Of a stretch of 64,000 nt of DNA, positions 61,287-64,000 are shown piece by piece. The notes under the pieces are model-generated. The model ran no database searches and was not told where the DNA came from. It was given only the letters and a program-made list of their open reading frames with translations. Where the stretch lies: assembly GCA_964016885.1 (NCBI GenBank), contig CAXHJY010000443.1, positions 1 through 64,000 of the forward strand, written 5' to 3'. This stretch comes from Eledone cirrhosa. Lineage: Eukaryota. Numbering within the stretch: position 1 is the stretch's first letter; each line of letters opens with the position of its first letter. The position numbers and the translations under genes are program-made.

Positions 61287-62229
61287 GATAAGAAATATTT
61301 CTCTTGGATGCAATCATCTCTAAAAATATTTCCTGATGTGTTAGCACTAGTTAAAAATCTCCAGTTTAAATAGTTATCATGTCTTTTTGGATTAATTAAT
61401 GTGAAATTCTTTTATGATTATATCAACTGCAATTCCTTGTCTTGTTCATGTATGGCATCTATTGCTAAAGAATGTTCAGAGGATATCGTCAAATTTAGTT
61501 TTGCTTTCGATTAATTTCGAGTTACAGTTGTATAGTTTAGTGGCATCCTTCTTTATATTTCCGAACAAAGAATGATTGAGATGTTTGTAGTTGTTACCTT
61601 TTACATCTTAGAGATCTAGCCGGCCTTCTTTGAATGTGTATCTCATGCGGTATTTGACAGGCATTATATTTTATCAACCCCAAACTAATTAAAAGTAAAG
61701 TTAACCTCAGAGCATAAAGAGCTTGAATAAATATTTGAATAAATACTAGTAGTCTTTAATATTACTTGATATTTTTGTTTTATTATTTATGCAAATCTGC
61801 TTCTACAAGCAACACACCTAGCATCAATATACAATATATATTTCTTAACTCCTTAGCTTCTCCTAGCCTTTACTGTGTAGAGGCAGAACTTCATCTATTG
61901 GAACCAGAAATCGTTTATTCTTAAAAAAAGAGACAACAATCGAACTTTGTATAATATCAATTCTTATATTTTTAATCTTCTTTAACAACTAAATCTTTAA
62001 TATTACTTCATATATATTTGTTTTATTATTTCTGCAAATCTGTTTCTACAAACGACACACCTAGTGTCTTGATTCTCATAAATGTTGATTGATTGAAAAG
62101 ATGCTAATTTTAGATATCAAAAGAAAACATGGGGAAAAGTAAAACCAAATATTGCTATTTCAATCACAAATCACACAGAAACATAGCGAACTCTACAACA
62201 TTATCATCATCATCATCATCATTGTTGAA

Positions 62230-62405
62230 TAGGCAGTATCGGTAGAGCATCAGACACCATACTTTGCAGCACAGAGTTATGGCCCTTTACGTTCTGGTTC
62301 AAATCCCGCCGAGGTTAACTTTGCTCTTCATCCTTACGGGATCGATAAAATAAAGCACCAGTAATGCACTGGGGAAATTGCTGACCTTGTGGCAAAAGTA
62401 GAAAC
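62230..62405 (+). mobile_element. tRNA-derived SINE (same family as 12128)
   Basis: GGCAGTATCGGTAGAG...GGTTCAAATCCCGCCGAGG...CATCCTTACGGGATCGATAAAATAAAG. Confidence 0.78.
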
Positions 62406-62867
62406 AATTATCATCATCATCACTTAATGTCCATTTTCCTTACTAGCAAGAATTGGATAGGTCTTCACAGACTCAATACCCAAACAAGGCTACTGACCTC
62501 TAGGATGAGCTAGGGGAGGCGGGGCTGCATCTCGTTTACATATGTTCTCGTTTTCTACTGAGTGTATTGTATCGTGACATTATCACTAGGAAGATGGATA
62601 AGTCTTTGGCACAGCTGAAGAGTTTTCCCAATTGTATTGTTTCTACAATATTTATAAATTGAAAGAAAACAGAACAAAATTCGACATCTACTGGAAATTA
62701 CTTGTGTAATGAATGCCGTACATGAATGGAAAAAATACTTGCTGTTTGAGTAGTTTAGAAAAGAATTTCAAGAAAAAACATGAAGACTCTGATCATCATT
62801 GCAGAAGGTAGAATTGGTAAGGTGGAAGTTGGAGCAGCTTAGTATTGAGGCAAAGCGAAACCTACAG

Positions 62868-63365
62868 TCAGTAGGCACCTCTAACAAAATACACCCCCGT
62901 CCCACAACCCCCACCCCATCCACACCACCCCCTTAAATGTGAAGTTATGTTGGTACCACAACATCCAGTCCGAAACAAATGAGGTTGTGTAGGTGTCATG
63001 ACAAAAAAAACACAGCCCACGCTGTAATCTGGCCATGTAGGTAATACGGTAAAAACCTCCCAGTCCACACTGTAAACGTGGTTGGTGTTGGGAAGGGCGC
63101 CCAACCGTAGAAAACCTGCCAGACTTGTAGGTGTCACGACAAAAAAACACACAGCCCACACTGTAATGTGGCCGTGTAGGTAACATAGTAAAAACCTCCC
63201 AGTCCACACTGTAAACGTGGTTGGTGTTAGGAAGGGCATCCAGCCGTAGAAAACCCGCCAGACAGTCCTATACGAGCAGGACAACAAATCTTGCCTCAAG
63301 TGGTAAAAAATCCCGTCCAAACCCATGCAAGCGTGGAAAATGGACGTTAAACGATCATGATGATG
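62868..63365 (+). mobile_element. RTE LINE 3'UTR with internal ~140-bp tandem duplication
   Basis: Homologous to 56580-56902. The GTAGGTGTCA..GACAAAAAAA block occurs at ~62988 and ~63127. Confidence 0.82.
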
Positions 63366-63579
63366 TAGGAACTCCAACAAATTATACTCTTTTTAATTAT
63401 GGACAAAAAAAAATCTATTTCTCTTCTTTATATCAATCAGCAGTGAAACTTTTTTTGATATTCAGACTTCATTGGCTTTGTTCTTCTTTATTTCACCTCT
63501 TCTCAATTATCTGGCCATTTTTTTTTTACATAAATAATTCTTTAATAATTAGAAATATACAGAAGAAAAAAATCAATCA

Positions 63580-63690
63580 CTATCAACAACAACACTAATA
63601 TTAATGTTATTAACAGTACTTTAATAATAATATTAACAACAACACAATGTTAATAATGATAGTAATAATAGGAACAACAACAACAACAAC

Positions 63691-63722
<32 letters not shown>

Positions 63723-63735
63723 AATAATAATAATA
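63580..63735. repeat. (AAT)n/(AAC)n microsatellite
   Basis: Direct reading. Confidence 0.85.
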
Positions 63736-63784
63736 TATTTGACCAGGCACATAGCCAATGTTAAGATAAGTGGGTAAAGTTGAT

Positions 63785-63860
63785 TGAACCGATACTGGTA
63801 CTTATTTTATCAATGTCAGAGTCATGAAAGGCAAAACTGGCCACAGTGGGATTTCAGTAG
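63785..63860 (-). mobile_element. Degenerate SINE core fragment
   Basis: CTGGTACTTATTTTATCAA...ATGAAAGGCAAAA is the reverse complement of the SINE core. Confidence 0.55.
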
Positions 63861-64000
63861 AATTAGCCATGGTATATACTTAAAGAATCTAGTCCAGCAT
63901 TTTACTATCTCAGACATCTTCAATGTCTTTAATATGTTAATAATATTTAAAAACATTGGCACAAGGCCACAAATTTGATGGGGCAGGCTGTAGTCAATTA

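Overview
This is eukaryotic, very AT-rich genomic DNA. The SINE core, microsatellite load and gene type suggest a mollusc, probably a cephalopod (inference). Positions 1-57845 form a giant degenerate (TA)n array with TACA/TATG variants. It is punctuated by about 20 retroelement insertions, mostly Penelope-like elements (PLEs) of at least two ORF types: Naiad-like, and a second type that is probably Neptune-like. ORF-less PLE-type derivatives and RTE LINE pieces are also present. I can read about 16 well-formed type I hammerhead ribozyme (HHR) motifs by eye, from about 9 sequence families, plus a few degenerate ones. Most have a family-specific palindromic stem III. Many insertions are fold-backs, with long inverted arms that each carry an outward-facing HHR. 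The last four coding exons of a GH20 beta-N-acetylhexosaminidase/chitobiase-type gene lie at 58385-61286 (+). No upstream exon is visible, so the whole array appears to sit in one intron of at least 58 kb. Nearly all long Y/I-rich ORFs in the ORF track are microsatellite artefacts.
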